The notes beneath the pieces were generated by a model. That model was not told the origin of the DNA. It worked only from the letters and a program-made list of their open reading frames with translations, and searched no databases. A stretch of 64,000 nt of DNA from Ostreococcus lucimarinus (Eukaryota). The stretch lies in assembly GCA_000092065.1 (NCBI GenBank), contig CP000581.1; one strand, given 5' to 3'. The position numbers were made by a program, and so were the translations under genes. Positions 19,361 to 29,258 of this stretch are shown piece by piece (positions within the stretch are counted from its first letter, which is position 1; every line of letters starts with the position of its first letter).

Positions 19361-20146
19361 ATGGGCGGTCGCGGGCGCGGTGGACGCTCGAACGCGTGGA
19401 CGCGCGACGGCGGTCAGGGACGCGGCGGTCGCGGACACGCCGCCGTCGGCGTCCGAAGACGAGACCTGCTCCAGGAAGATTTGCTCGACGAGAAACCGAA
19501 CTGGGCGCTGTCGTGCTACGGCCCGAAGGGCGAGCAGCCGAACCTGCTCGGCGGTGACACGTCGTTCGAGGAGCTGCGGTGCGCGGCGTACGCGACGGTG
19601 CGCGCGGGAGGGGACGCGGGAGGCGCGCACGCGCGAGCGCGCGAGTACGCCGACGCCAAGGCGGGCGACGTCAAGGGAATACTGGCGTTCCCGGAACATC
19701 AGCTAAAGTTAGTTTTGGACCGCGTGGAGCGAGGGGAGATGGCGCCCGCGGGCGCGGATCGCGTGATGGACGGAACGGCGATCGTGGGGGGTGGGGGAGG
19801 GTTCTCGAGGACGCACGCGCCGGCGCTCGACGCGAGGGCGACGCCGTTCGCGCCGGCGGGTGGGATGGCGAGCGGGTTCACGGGGAATCAGCCTTCGTTG
19901 ACGCCGGTTGCGACGGGGTTCGTGGCGAGCGCGCAACCGACGAGTCCGTTCGGCGGCGGTCCCGGAGGCGGCGCGAGTCCGTTCGGCGGCGGTCCCGGAG
20001 GCGCGAGTCCGTTCGGCGGCGGTAACGCGCCGCGCGCGCCGTCGCTCACGCCGGATCCGAACGTCCCGAACTCAGAGGCGTGGTGCGCGCCTTCGTTCGA
20101 CATCGGAGGCGTGCCCGACGACCCGCCGCCCGCCGCGTACGTTTGA
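19361..20146 (+). CDS. FG-repeat nucleoporin NUP42/NUPL2 (hCG1)-like
   Basis: PNWALSCYGPKGEQPNLLGGDTSFEELRCAAY aligns with human NUPL2 [32 protein letters not shown]. C-terminal SPFGGGPGGG x3 (FG repeats). First in-frame ATG is at 19361 (the track start at 19304 is GTG). Confidence 0.6.
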   Translation: MGGRGRGGRSNAWTRDGGQGRGGRGHAAVGVRRRDLLQEDLLDEKPNWALSCYGPKGEQPNLLGGDTSFEELRCAAYATVRAGGDAGGAHARAREYADAKAGDVKGILAFPEHQLKLVLDRVERGEMAPAGADRVMDGTAIVGGGGGFSRTHAPALDARATPFAPAGGMASGFTGNQPSLTPVATGFVASAQPTSPFGGGPGGGASPFGGGPGGASPFGGGNAPRAPSLTPDPNVPNSEAWCAPSFDIGGVPDDPPPAAYV

Positions 20147-20193
20147 TTGGGCGCGCGCTTTCGTGTTGTTACATAGTCGATGTAGTTGTAGAA

Positions 20194-23061
20194 TCACTCG
20201 CGAATCGCGAATTCACTCACCGATCTCGTCATCGGTGTCTCATTTTCTGCCTCTGCGGCCTCGAGCGCTTTTTTGTCATGCGCTTCGCGCTTGCGTTGCC
20301 CGCGCGCCTCTCGAGCGATGACTTTTCGTTGCGAACGAATCATATTGTCAAACTCCGACGTCAGGCGATAATCAAACTGGTACGCCCACTGTACCTCGGT
20401 GTCTTGAAACACGAGCGCGCGAACGTCGCCTACGGCGCGAGCTGACGTCCACGCCGTGAGAGTTTCTTCTTCGCCGCTCGCTTCCAAGTTTTTCAATTCA
20501 CCGACGAAATTGCCCACTCGACGAACGCCGACGACGACGCCGTCGCGAGTCAGCGTGCACTCGCCTGCAGTTATTATGAAGAACTCCGTCGCCGGGTCAC
20601 CCTGCCGCGTGATGAGCTCGCCGCTTTTGAATCGACGTTCAGGTGGTTGATGAGAGATGGAAATCAACCCGTCGAGTCGGGTGTGCAGGTTATGCAGCGT
20701 GTCCGAAGTGTGCGAAGCCTGGCCAGTGAACCAGGCGTGTTCTAGTGCCTGAGTCGCGGTGAGCCTGCGCTTGGGATTGGGATCGAGTAAACCTTCTATC
20801 AAATCCTTCGCGACATCACTCACAGATTCCCACTCCTCCGTTTCGAAATCGAGATCACATTCAATGATTTGCTCGTAAAGTTCATCCTCATCGTCGTCAT
20901 CAAACGGCCACGTATTCGTGAGCAGGACGTGCATGGCGATTCCGAGCGCCCAAACATCCACGCCTTGACCGTACACGCCAGCAAGTAACGCCTCTGGGGC
21001 GATGTACGATAGTGTACCACACACGTGCTGCGCTTTTTGACGAGCGTTCAACGCCTTCGCCAAACCAAAATCGACAATGTTCAACGACTTCAAATCGCCC
21101 TTTTCAGCCAGAACAAAGTTCTCGAGCTTCAAATCTCTATGAATGACACCCTTGCCGTGCATGAACGCCACTGCATCGAGCATGGCAGACATTATTATCT
21201 TGACCTCTTCTTCGCTAAATGCCCCGCGCGCGTTCACCAAATCGTCGAGCTCCTCGCCTTGCAAGCAATCCATGACGACGTGCACGACTTCATCGTTTTG
21301 TTCAGTGAAAAACTCTCGTATGGTGACGATATGCGGGTGCGCTGAGAGCTGCTGCATCATGACGAGTTCGCGCTTGACTTCATGAAGCGTCATGGATTGA
21401 AGCTCATCCTCATCGTCGCTGTCTTCATCGCTCGATGACTCACTTCCACCTTCGTCGTCGCTGTCGCCGCCTAAACCTTCGACGCGAAGCGTCTTCACGG
21501 CGACGATTTCACCCGTGTTACGATGCTTCGCCTTGCGCACAACGGCAAAACCACCGGCACCAAGAGTTTCTAAAACGTCGTACTTGTCTAGGAAAGGCAT
21601 ATAATCGTGCACTAACCCGACTGGGCGAACAAAACGCGATGTGTCAAGATCGTCCAAACCGCCCGGCGCAGAATTCGTTCGTTTCAGCCCGAGCTTGTTT
21701 CGCGTTCGACCTTCGGGCTTATGTTCGATGCGTTTGGCGAACAAGTGCGCTAAACGATAGCTAGGCATGGCTTTAACCAGTAATCCTTTGGTGTCGAATC
21801 CCTGCGGTCGTTGCGAATTCTTCAAATTGTTTGGCATCGCTTGAGCGCGCAAGCCACTCCAACCAGTGTTGATTTGCCTCTTCGTCGCGCTCCCCATTCG
21901 AGTCAAACCGGCAGAGTTCTTGCGCTCCAAAGTCATGGCGTGCATACGGTCACTTATGAACGGTGCCGGAGACGCGCTTCGCGAGCCTCCTGGAGATTCA
22001 CCTGGAGACTTCGTCGCCTTCGCGAGCGCGGCGAGATCCGGCGCGCTGTCCAACCGAAGCAACTGCGCGTGACCACGCGCAGCTTTCCCTCCGTAAGATG
22101 CAGGTTTCACCGATGCCCAAGCACTCAGACCAACAGGTAGTAAACCTGCGCGTTTCGCTCGTTCAATAAGCTCGCCAAAGATTTCGGGTGCCTTGGGAAC
22201 GTCTATGGACACGTCCTTGAGCGCCGTGGCGGTGCGCGCGAAACCTTTCGCCATTTGACTTCCGTTCACCACAGAGCTCCGCCCGATGTATTTCAATAAA
22301 TCCACCACCTTTTCGATGACGTTAGGGGTCAAGATCGACTGCTCGATCGCCAGCGTCAGCGCTTTCTTGACGAGCTCGTGATGGTAAAAAGGCATGTTCA
22401 ACCGACGTAATCGCCGCTCCGCCTCGGCGCCGTCTCTCGACATCAAATACTCATCGATGATATCCCGCATCTCTATCTTGGCGTTATCCGCGCTGTATCC
22501 CTCGGGTCCGCCCCACGCCTTACGCACGCGCGACTCCCCACTCGCATCGGCCAGCGTCATTTTCGCCGACTTGGCCACGTCTCTTCCTTCGCCGTAACCG
22601 TCCCTCGAGCACGCCGTCTCCAGGTACGTCACCGACACCACATCATCCGCCACCGCGCGCGCCAAAAACGTCACGCACTCAGCCACGGCATCTGGGAAAT
22701 CGATTTTCAAATCCGCAACCTCCGCGAGCACGCGATCGAACCCACGTTCGAAATCCTCCGCGTCCAGCGTCCCGCTCGCCCTCGTCGCCGCGAGCGCCTG
22801 CGCGCACATCTCCCGCTCTCTCGCCCCTCTATCCAGCGCGCACGCGATCATGCGCTTCACGCAGTGCGCCTCCAGCCCACACTTCGCATCGCTCGCCCCC
22901 GCGCCCCCGCCCTGCGCCGCGATCGTCTCCGCGAGCGCGCGGTCGAACTCCTCCACGCTGCAGTGCGAAAAGAACTCTCGACAGCGCTTCTCCACGTCGC
23001 GCTTGAACGCCACCTCCTGTCCGACGTAATACTTGGACCGCGACGACCACGGCGCGGACAT
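20194..23061 (-). CDS. Multidomain protein: two PDCD4-like MA3 domains + CaMK-like Ser/Thr protein kinase + C-terminal cyclic-nucleotide-binding-like domain
   Basis: Start MSAPWSSRSKYYVGQEV (ATG complement at 23059-23061). MA3 motifs IIDEYLMSRDGAEAERRLRRLNMPFYHHELVKKALTLAIE. Kinase motifs LGAGGFAVV, AVKTL, HRDLKLENFVL, DFGLAK, SYIAPE. cNMP-binding motifs FKSGELITRQGDPATEFFIITAGEC ... GELKNLE. The upstream 205 codons of the track ORF (to 23676) are an Arg-rich artefact. Confidence 0.85.
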   Translation of the reverse strand: MSAPWSSRSKYYVGQEVAFKRDVEKRCREFFSHCSVEEFDRALAETIAAQGGGAGASDAKCGLEAHCVKRMIACALDRGAREREMCAQALAATRASGTLDAEDFERGFDRVLAEVADLKIDFPDAVAECVTFLARAVADDVVSVTYLETACSRDGYGEGRDVAKSAKMTLADASGESRVRKAWGGPEGYSADNAKIEMRDIIDEYLMSRDGAEAERRLRRLNMPFYHHELVKKALTLAIEQSILTPNVIEKVVDLLKYIGRSSVVNGSQMAKGFARTATALKDVSIDVPKAPEIFGELIERAKRAGLLPVGLSAWASVKPASYGGKAARGHAQLLRLDSAPDLAALAKATKSPGESPGGSRSASPAPFISDRMHAMTLERKNSAGLTRMGSATKRQINTGWSGLRAQAMPNNLKNSQRPQGFDTKGLLVKAMPSYRLAHLFAKRIEHKPEGRTRNKLGLKRTNSAPGGLDDLDTSRFVRPVGLVHDYMPFLDKYDVLETLGAGGFAVVRKAKHRNTGEIVAVKTLRVEGLGGDSDDEGGSESSSDEDSDDEDELQSMTLHEVKRELVMMQQLSAHPHIVTIREFFTEQNDEVVHVVMDCLQGEELDDLVNARGAFSEEEVKIIMSAMLDAVAFMHGKGVIHRDLKLENFVLAEKGDLKSLNIVDFGLAKALNARQKAQHVCGTLSYIAPEALLAGVYGQGVDVWALGIAMHVLLTNTWPFDDDDEDELYEQIIECDLDFETEEWESVSDVAKDLIEGLLDPNPKRRLTATQALEHAWFTGQASHTSDTLHNLHTRLDGLISISHQPPERRFKSGELITRQGDPATEFFIITAGECTLTRDGVVVGVRRVGNFVGELKNLEASGEEETLTAWTSARAVGDVRALVFQDTEVQWAYQFDYRLTSEFDNMIRSQRKVIAREARGQRKREAHDKKALEAAEAENETPMTRSVSEFAIRE

Positions 23062-23178
23062 CTCCGCGACGCGCTCGCCGCGACGCGACGCGCGCGCGCG
23101 ACGCCAGCGCGTCGAACGGCGCGATGTGATGCGCACCGAACGCGTCGCGCGCGACTTCGCGACGCGTCGCGCGTCGCC

Positions 23179-24525
23179 ATGGGCATCTTCGACGGCATCT
23201 TCGGCGGCGAGCCGCGCGCGTCGAGCGGCGCGTCCGCGCTGTTCGACGCGCGGTCGGCGTTTCACGCCGCGAGCGCGGCGGACGCGCCGGTGGTGCGCGC
23301 GCCGTTGTCGGCGTCGGCGAAGAAACGGGCGCGACGCGACGCGAGCGCGGACGCGACGGACGCGCGCGCGAAACGCGCGCGAGAAAAACCGAACGCGCGC
23401 GCGGCGAGCGCGGCGTCGTCGTCGTCGGACGCGGCGTCGAGCGAGGATGAGGGCGAAAGCGAGGACGATGCGCCGGCGGCGGCGGCGGTTTCGGACGAGA
23501 AACCGAACGGCGACAGCGACAGCGATGAGGGAGCGACGAAAGCGAAACCGTCGGGGTCGGGGTATCGCGATCGATCGGCGGAGGCGACGGCGGAGGAGCT
23601 GGCGCGGACGGTGTTCGTCGGGAACGTCCCGGCGAAGACGAAGCTGAAAAAGTTGAAGGCGAAATTCGGCGAACACGGCAAGGTGGTGAGCGTACGGTTG
23701 AGAAACGTGCCCGTGGAAGCGGATGGAAACGAACCTAGGAAAATTAAAGTGCTGAAGGGAAAATTAAACGCGGAGCGGGCGAACGCGACGGCGTTCGTGG
23801 TGTACGACGACGCGGCGTCGGCGCGCGCGGCGACGGCGGCGTTGAATATGAAGGAGTTCGAGGGACGGCACATTCGCGTTGATTTAGCGAGTAAACCATC
23901 GATCATACGAAGTGAGGTGGTGTATGATCACACGCGAAGTGTCTTCTTGGGCCATTTACCGTTTAATGTCGACGATGAGGACGTGATTCGGTTGTTCAAC
24001 AAGAATAAAGAGTATCCCGATTTGCGCAAGAGCGTCGAGGCCGTGCGCGTGGTGCGAGACAGAAAGACGACCATGGGTAAGGGCATCGGGTTCGTGTTGT
24101 TCAAAACGCCAGCGCAAGCGCGTACGGCGCTTTTGCTTGACGGGAGTAAGCTCGGCGATAGAGAGATTCGCGTGAGCAAAGCCGCTCGATCCAAGGCGCC
24201 GAAACCCGGCACGCCGAGCAAGGCGCGCGCCGAGCCGAAGGTCGCCACCGGTGCCGAACGACGGAATCCGAAGCTTCGTGACGAAGGTGGCGATGCGTCG
24301 ACGTCGCGTGGCACAAACGCGTGGGAAGGGTCGAGATCTCGTCCCGGTGGAAAATCGTCCAAGAGCGCGCACCGCGGCGGCGAGGCGCAGCGCGGCGCCC
24401 CAGGCGCGAGGCAAACTTCGAGTAAAGCCGGCATCGCGAAGGCGGCCAAACGATCGGGAAAGCGCCCCGCCGTGGCGGCGCGCAAGGCCAAAGCCAAGGC
24501 GTCCGCGGCGGCGGGACGTAACTAA
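23179..24525 (+). CDS. Nucleolar RNA-binding protein with two RRMs (Nop12/RBM34-like)
   Basis: RRM1 TVFVGNVPAKTK...ATAFVVYDDAASARAA. RRM2 SVFLGHLPFNVDDEDV...KGIGFVLFKTPAQARTAL. Lys/Ala-rich basic tail. Confidence 0.8.
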   Translation: MGIFDGIFGGEPRASSGASALFDARSAFHAASAADAPVVRAPLSASAKKRARRDASADATDARAKRAREKPNARAASAASSSSDAASSEDEGESEDDAPAAAAVSDEKPNGDSDSDEGATKAKPSGSGYRDRSAEATAEELARTVFVGNVPAKTKLKKLKAKFGEHGKVVSVRLRNVPVEADGNEPRKIKVLKGKLNAERANATAFVVYDDAASARAATAALNMKEFEGRHIRVDLASKPSIIRSEVVYDHTRSVFLGHLPFNVDDEDVIRLFNKNKEYPDLRKSVEAVRVVRDRKTTMGKGIGFVLFKTPAQARTALLLDGSKLGDREIRVSKAARSKAPKPGTPSKARAEPKVATGAERRNPKLRDEGGDASTSRGTNAWEGSRSRPGGKSSKSAHRGGEAQRGAPGARQTSSKAGIAKAAKRSGKRPAVAARKAKAKASAAAGRN

Positions 24526-24688
24526 CGTAGATTTTGTGGTCTTGATGCTGCGCAATACAACGTCTCAGCGATTCCTCGCGCCGTCTACTCCTCCTTCTTA
24601 TCGCCCTCGATCGCCTTCGTCTCGCCTTCTTCGGTCATTTCCTCTGTAAGTTCATCCTTAAACTCCTATTCGCGTCGCAAACCAACCG

Positions 24689-25195
24689 TCACGATTCGTC
24701 AGTCGTCGCGTTCGCTCGCCCTCGTCCCGCGTCGCCTTCGTTTGAGATACTCTTTGCCCTCGCGCGTCCGTCTCGCGCGCTCGCTCGATCAACGCCTTCG
24801 CCGCGCACCTTGGCCGCCTCTTGAAAACTCTTCACCGTCTTCCCGAGCGACTTTCCGAGCTCGGGAAGCTTGCTCGGGCCGAACAGCACCGCGGCGACGC
24901 CACCGATGACGACGATTTCAGGAAGCCCGAGCCCGAACAATCCGTTGGAAATCACGCGCGCGCGTCGTCGTTCGAGCGCCGCGCGACGCGGCGCCAGCGC
25001 GGACGATCGCTGTGCGTACGTTTGACGCGCCGCGACGCGCGTCGCGCGCGCCGGGGCGTGCACGGTAAACATCACGACGGATTCTGCGGTCGATCGCTCG
25101 CGCGCGGTCGCCGGCGTCGCCGCATTCGCGCGCGCGCGCGACGTCACGCGCGACCGTCGACGCTCGTGACGCGCTGAGATGACGTAACGCTGCAT
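24689..25195 (-). CDS. TATA: Twin-arginine translocase subunit TatA/Tha4 (plastid-type) with transit peptide
   Basis: GLFGLGLPEIVVIGGVAAVLFGPSKLPELGKSLGKTVKSFQEAAK is the canonical TatA TM + amphipathic helix. The exact start (25195 or the internal Met) is uncertain. Confidence 0.85.
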   Translation of the reverse strand: MQRYVISARHERRRSRVTSRARANAATPATARERSTAESVVMFTVHAPARATRVAARQTYAQRSSALAPRRAALERRRARVISNGLFGLGLPEIVVIGGVAAVLFGPSKLPELGKSLGKTVKSFQEAAKVRGEGVDRASARDGRARAKSISNEGDAGRGRANATTDES

Positions 25196-25257
25196 CGCGC
25201 GCGCACACGCACGAGATAGACGCGCGAGACGCGCGCGCGGCGACGCTGTTCGTCGTC

Positions 25258-27922
25258 ATGTCGACGCGATGCGCCGACGCGCAGTCGCTCAACCGCGCCG
25301 TCGTCGCCGCTCGCGCGCCGCGCGAGCTCGTCGCGCTCATCGACGGCAACGACGCGCTGCTGAACGCGATCAACTGCGCCGCGATCGCGGGCAAGGCGGC
25401 GAAGATGCACGCGCTGGCGGAGAAACGCGACGATGGCGCCGCCGCCGGGGAGGCGCGCGCGGTGGTGAAAACCATCGCGAACGTCGCGCGCGCGTCGCTG
25501 GAACGCGCGCCGCGCGAGTGGTGGCCGCGGCAGTGCGCGGCGATGCTTTGGGCGTGTGGACGCGCGAACGCGCGGGATGAGGCGATGGAACGCGCGATCG
25601 AGGCGATGGTGGAGGCGCGCGCGCGAATGTTCAAGCCGCAGGAACTGTCGAACGCGTTTTGGGGATTGGCCAAGGCGAAGAGCGATACCGTGGGATTGTG
25701 GTTGATATTGGGAGACTTGATACGAGCGTCGTTGATGGTGGATAAAGGGACGGATCATCAGAACGGATGGACGCCGCAAGGGGTGTCGAACGCGGCGTGG
25801 AGCTTGGGGGCGATGACGGAGACGACGCGACGAGGCGTGTTCGAGGAGAGCGCGCTGGGACGCGAGCTCGCACGTGGGATCGCGGTGGCGGTGGAAGAAC
25901 GAGTTGAGATGTTCAATCCGCAAGAATGTGCGAATACGATGTCTGGGTTCGCGAAGTGTGGGTCGAGCGTGCGAGAAGACGCCGAAGTAGGTGTCAAGGC
26001 GTTGTGCTCGCGATTGAAGCGAGAACGCGCGTGGTTCTCCGGCGGCGAGTTTCAGTGCCAGCACGTCTCCAACGTTATTTGGGCGTGCGCGAAGTTGAAC
26101 ATGAGCGATGATGCGGAATTGATCGCTATATTCGTCGACGCGGCAAACGAGTACGCGAACAAGTTCAACGCGCACGAACTCTCGATGGTTCTGTGGGCGC
26201 TCGCGAATCTCGCCGTCGACGATCACAAAGTCATGCACGCGCTCGCAAAGTCGATGGCGAGGAAAGCGGACGAATCATCGGCGCAGCAAATCGCGACGTC
26301 AGCGCACGCGATGGCAAAGCTCGGGATTTATAACTCACAGATAATGAAGGCTTACAAGGATCACGCCGCGGCGCGCAGAGATGAATTTCAGCCGCGCGAC
26401 ATCGCGTTCTTGGCGTGGTCGTTCGCAAAACTCGACATCAAGGCACCAGAACTGTTTGAAATGTTTAGCGCTGTGGTGTGTGAGATGTTGTTCGACGTCG
26501 AGTTTCAAACCTTTTCGCCACACCACTTGACGATGGTGTTGTGGTCGTTCGCCATGCTCAACGAAAATACGCAAGAGGTTTTACCATACATCGTGCGGGC
26601 GATGAAGTCCATGATCGACGAGTTCAATCCGCGAGATTTGACGAACACGGCGTGGGCGCTCGCCGCGCTCGGATGCGACGACAATGAATTAATCAAAGCA
26701 CTGGGCGCGTGCGCACAAATGAAGCTCAACGACTTTAATTCGCAGGAGCTTTTAAAGTTCCTCGGTTCGTACGAGCGACTCGGCGTTGAAGACGCTTCAC
26801 TCGCCAAAGCCGTGTCGGCGCGGCGTACGTTGTCGTACGAGTTTCCCTCAATGAACGCTACCATCGAGCTCACCGCGGCGACACCGCAGAGTTACAAAGG
26901 TACCGATCGTGTCCGCGTCGACGATAGCTGTGGGGGATGGGGAAGAGGAAACACGGGTGTGGCACTGTGGGAAGGAAGTTTTGTTTTAGCGGAGTGGTTA
27001 TCTCGACAGAAATCGCCGCTCGCGACGGAGGGCGTCGCTAAGGCGCTCGGTGGAGCTTGGGACGACGATTGGAAGGGTAAAGTATGCGTTGAACTCGGTG
27101 CTGGTTTAGGTTTACCGTCCGTAGTCGCTTCCAAACTTGGCGCGCACGTTGTCGCTACCGACGGTACGTTTCGCGCGTCTTCTTTCGACTTGTTCGTCCT
27201 TCGCCACTGTTAATCCCTTCATTGGACTTTCTGTGTCCTTGGAGTTTCAAATGTGGCACACATCAACTCGGGAGTTTCGCTGACAGCACTCGCACGTTTC
27301 GGCGGGCCATGAGTGTCATCTGATAGTAGCTCTCGCACATTCATCGCGCGTATCGCACATCGAACTGACGAGTTCCTTTTCATTCCACGCAGGCGACGAC
27401 GACGTCTTGACGCTACTGCGAGAGAACGTCGAAGCAAACGCGGCGAAGGACGCACGCGTAGAGAAACTTGTTTGGGGCAACGAAAAGCCGCTAAAAACTC
27501 TCGGGTTAAAAACGCAGCCGGATCTTGTCTTGGCGAGCGACGTCGTGTACGGTAACGACCCGGCCAAGTGGACGAATCTCGTGCGCACGATGCGCGACTT
27601 GGCTGGGCCGAACACGCTCATTTTGATCGCAAACGTCCAGCGGTACCCTGTACACCATCCGCTCGCGGAAACTAAGTTTTACACCGAGTCAACGGTAAAA
27701 GATTTTGAGCGAACGGAGCTACCAGTGACGGCATTACACTCCGATTTCCAACGCACTGGCGCCGGTAATTGCGTCATTCACGTGTTTCGTCCGCGCGGCG
27801 ACAAAAAGAGAAAGTCGGCGAGTAAAGATGCAAAAAAGGAGAAGAAGGCAAAAAAGGAGAAGAAGGAGAAGAAGGAGAAGAAGGAGAAGAAGGAGAAGAA
27901 AGAGAAGAAAGAGAAGTCCTAG
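25258..27922 (+). CDS. Repeat protein with ~10 OPR/FASTK-like 38-residue repeats fused to a METTL21-like (Methyltransf_16) protein-lysine methyltransferase domain and a (KEKKEK)n tail. Exons 25258..27166 and 27393..27922.
   Basis: Repeats of form F-N-P-Q/R-E/D-L-S-N-x-x-W-A-L-A-K-L-G (QELSNAFWGLAKA, HELSMVLWALANLA, RDLTNTAWALAALG...). Exon 1 ends ..ELGAGLGLPSVVASKLGAHVVATDG|GTACGT. CTGAC at 27365-27369, CAG| at 27390-27392. Exon 2 continues in frame with G-DDDVLTLLRENVEANAA..VWGNEKP..PDLVLASDVVY (MTase motif post-I/II). Confidence 0.75.
27820..27905 (+). repeat. Coding (GAGAAG/GAGAAA)n hexanucleotide repeat giving the KEKKEKKEKKEK C-terminal tail
   Basis: Read directly from the sequence. Confidence 0.9.
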
Positions 27923-28004
27923 CTGAGTATTAGATAGAGTTAGAGCGTAGCGCGTCACGACGAGACGAGTGTTGTGAATAATATTGCAAAGTCATCGTTC
28001 GTCT

Positions 28005-28976
28005 CTACGGCGGCAGGTCAGAGTTTGTGAGTGGTTTCGCGAGCAAAATGTGCCCAACCTCGACGAGACCGAGCTTCGCGAAGGGATTGTTCTTGCTCGA
28101 ACGTTGCGCGATTTGCGCCGAGGTGAGCTTCGCCTTGACCTCAGGCGGCTCCTCGTATCCGCACTTTTCAAAGAGAATCTGCGCAGCCTCGTTGTCAACC
28201 TTAGTGTGCGTGTACAATATGGTTTCGCCCATATTCGCCATCGCGCGCTCGGCCGCGAGCACGAGTTGTCGGCCGATCCCACGCCCGCGCTGCGTCGGGC
28301 TCACGCACACGTCTGACAAGTACGCCTTGTCCCTCGGCGCCCTCGGCTGCAGCTTGTCGGCCCCGTATCTATTGCCGTTCGGCAACGACACCTCCGAAAT
28401 CCCCACCAACACGTTCCCAACCTTGGCAGATATCAAAATACGATCCTCCGCCGTCTTCACGCCGTCCAAAAGTCCCATGCGCACGCGCTTCGCTTGTTCG
28501 CCTCGCAATCGGTTCTTCGCCAAGATATCCTGCGGCCTCACCTTGAAAAACAAGTCCATCACCAAATTCGTCGCATCGTCCACATCCTCCTCCTCCAGCA
28601 CCCCGATCACGACGTTCCCTTTCGTCTTCATCTCCACCGACACCCGCTTCACCGCCTGATCCTTCTTCGCCGTCGCCTGACTCTTCTGCCGCTTCGTCGG
28701 CGCGAACTTCACCGTCCCCGCCGCCAGGTCCACCATCAACATCGGCCGCGGTCCATCGCTCACCGCCTCTCCCGTCGTCGTCGTCACGCCGCGAATCGAC
28801 GCGCTCTTCCTTCCGTCCACCGCGGTCCCCGTCTCCGCGTCATCGCTCGCGTTCGCGCGCGTCGCGCGTCGCGTCGTCGACTTATCCGTCGGCATCCGCG
28901 TCCTCGCCTTCGCGCGACCGACGCGCGGGGCGCGCGCCGCGCCCACCACCGCGGTCGCGCGCGTCGTCGTCGACAT
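28005..28976 (-). CDS. GNAT-family N-acetyltransferase with organellar-type presequence
   Basis: Acetyl-CoA-binding motif VCVSPTQRGRGIGRQLVLAAERAM. Ser/Thr/Arg-rich N-terminus. Confidence 0.8.
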   Translation of the reverse strand: MSTTTRATAVVGAARAPRVGRAKARTRMPTDKSTTRRATRANASDDAETGTAVDGRKSASIRGVTTTTGEAVSDGPRPMLMVDLAAGTVKFAPTKRQKSQATAKKDQAVKRVSVEMKTKGNVVIGVLEEEDVDDATNLVMDLFFKVRPQDILAKNRLRGEQAKRVRMGLLDGVKTAEDRILISAKVGNVLVGISEVSLPNGNRYGADKLQPRAPRDKAYLSDVCVSPTQRGRGIGRQLVLAAERAMANMGETILYTHTKVDNEAAQILFEKCGYEEPPEVKAKLTSAQIAQRSSKNNPFAKLGLVEVGHILLAKPLTNSDLPP

Positions 28977-29258
28977 CGCGCGCGTCGTCGTCGCGCGCGT
29001 CGTCGCGCGTCGCCGTGTGTCGCGCCGCGACGCGCCGGCGCGCCCAACCTCTCAACCCTATTCGTCCGGCGGATCTCGATTGACCGCACGATCGCGCGCG
29101 CGACGAAGCGCGCACGATGGCGGCGCCCGCGGTGCCGGTCACGGTGAAAGAAGCGATACAGGTGCGTCCGCGACCCGCGGTCGCGCGGCGCGAAAGCGAC
29201 GCTCGAAGCGCGAAAAGACGACGGAACGCGACGGCAATGCCGAGGCGATCGCATCTCG

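Noticed and set aside
23062-23676. 205-codon N-terminal extension of the kinase ORF
   Set aside because: Pure Arg-rich low complexity. The recognisable protein begins at the Met MSAPWSSRSKYY (23061). The extension overlaps the divergent RRM-protein gene.
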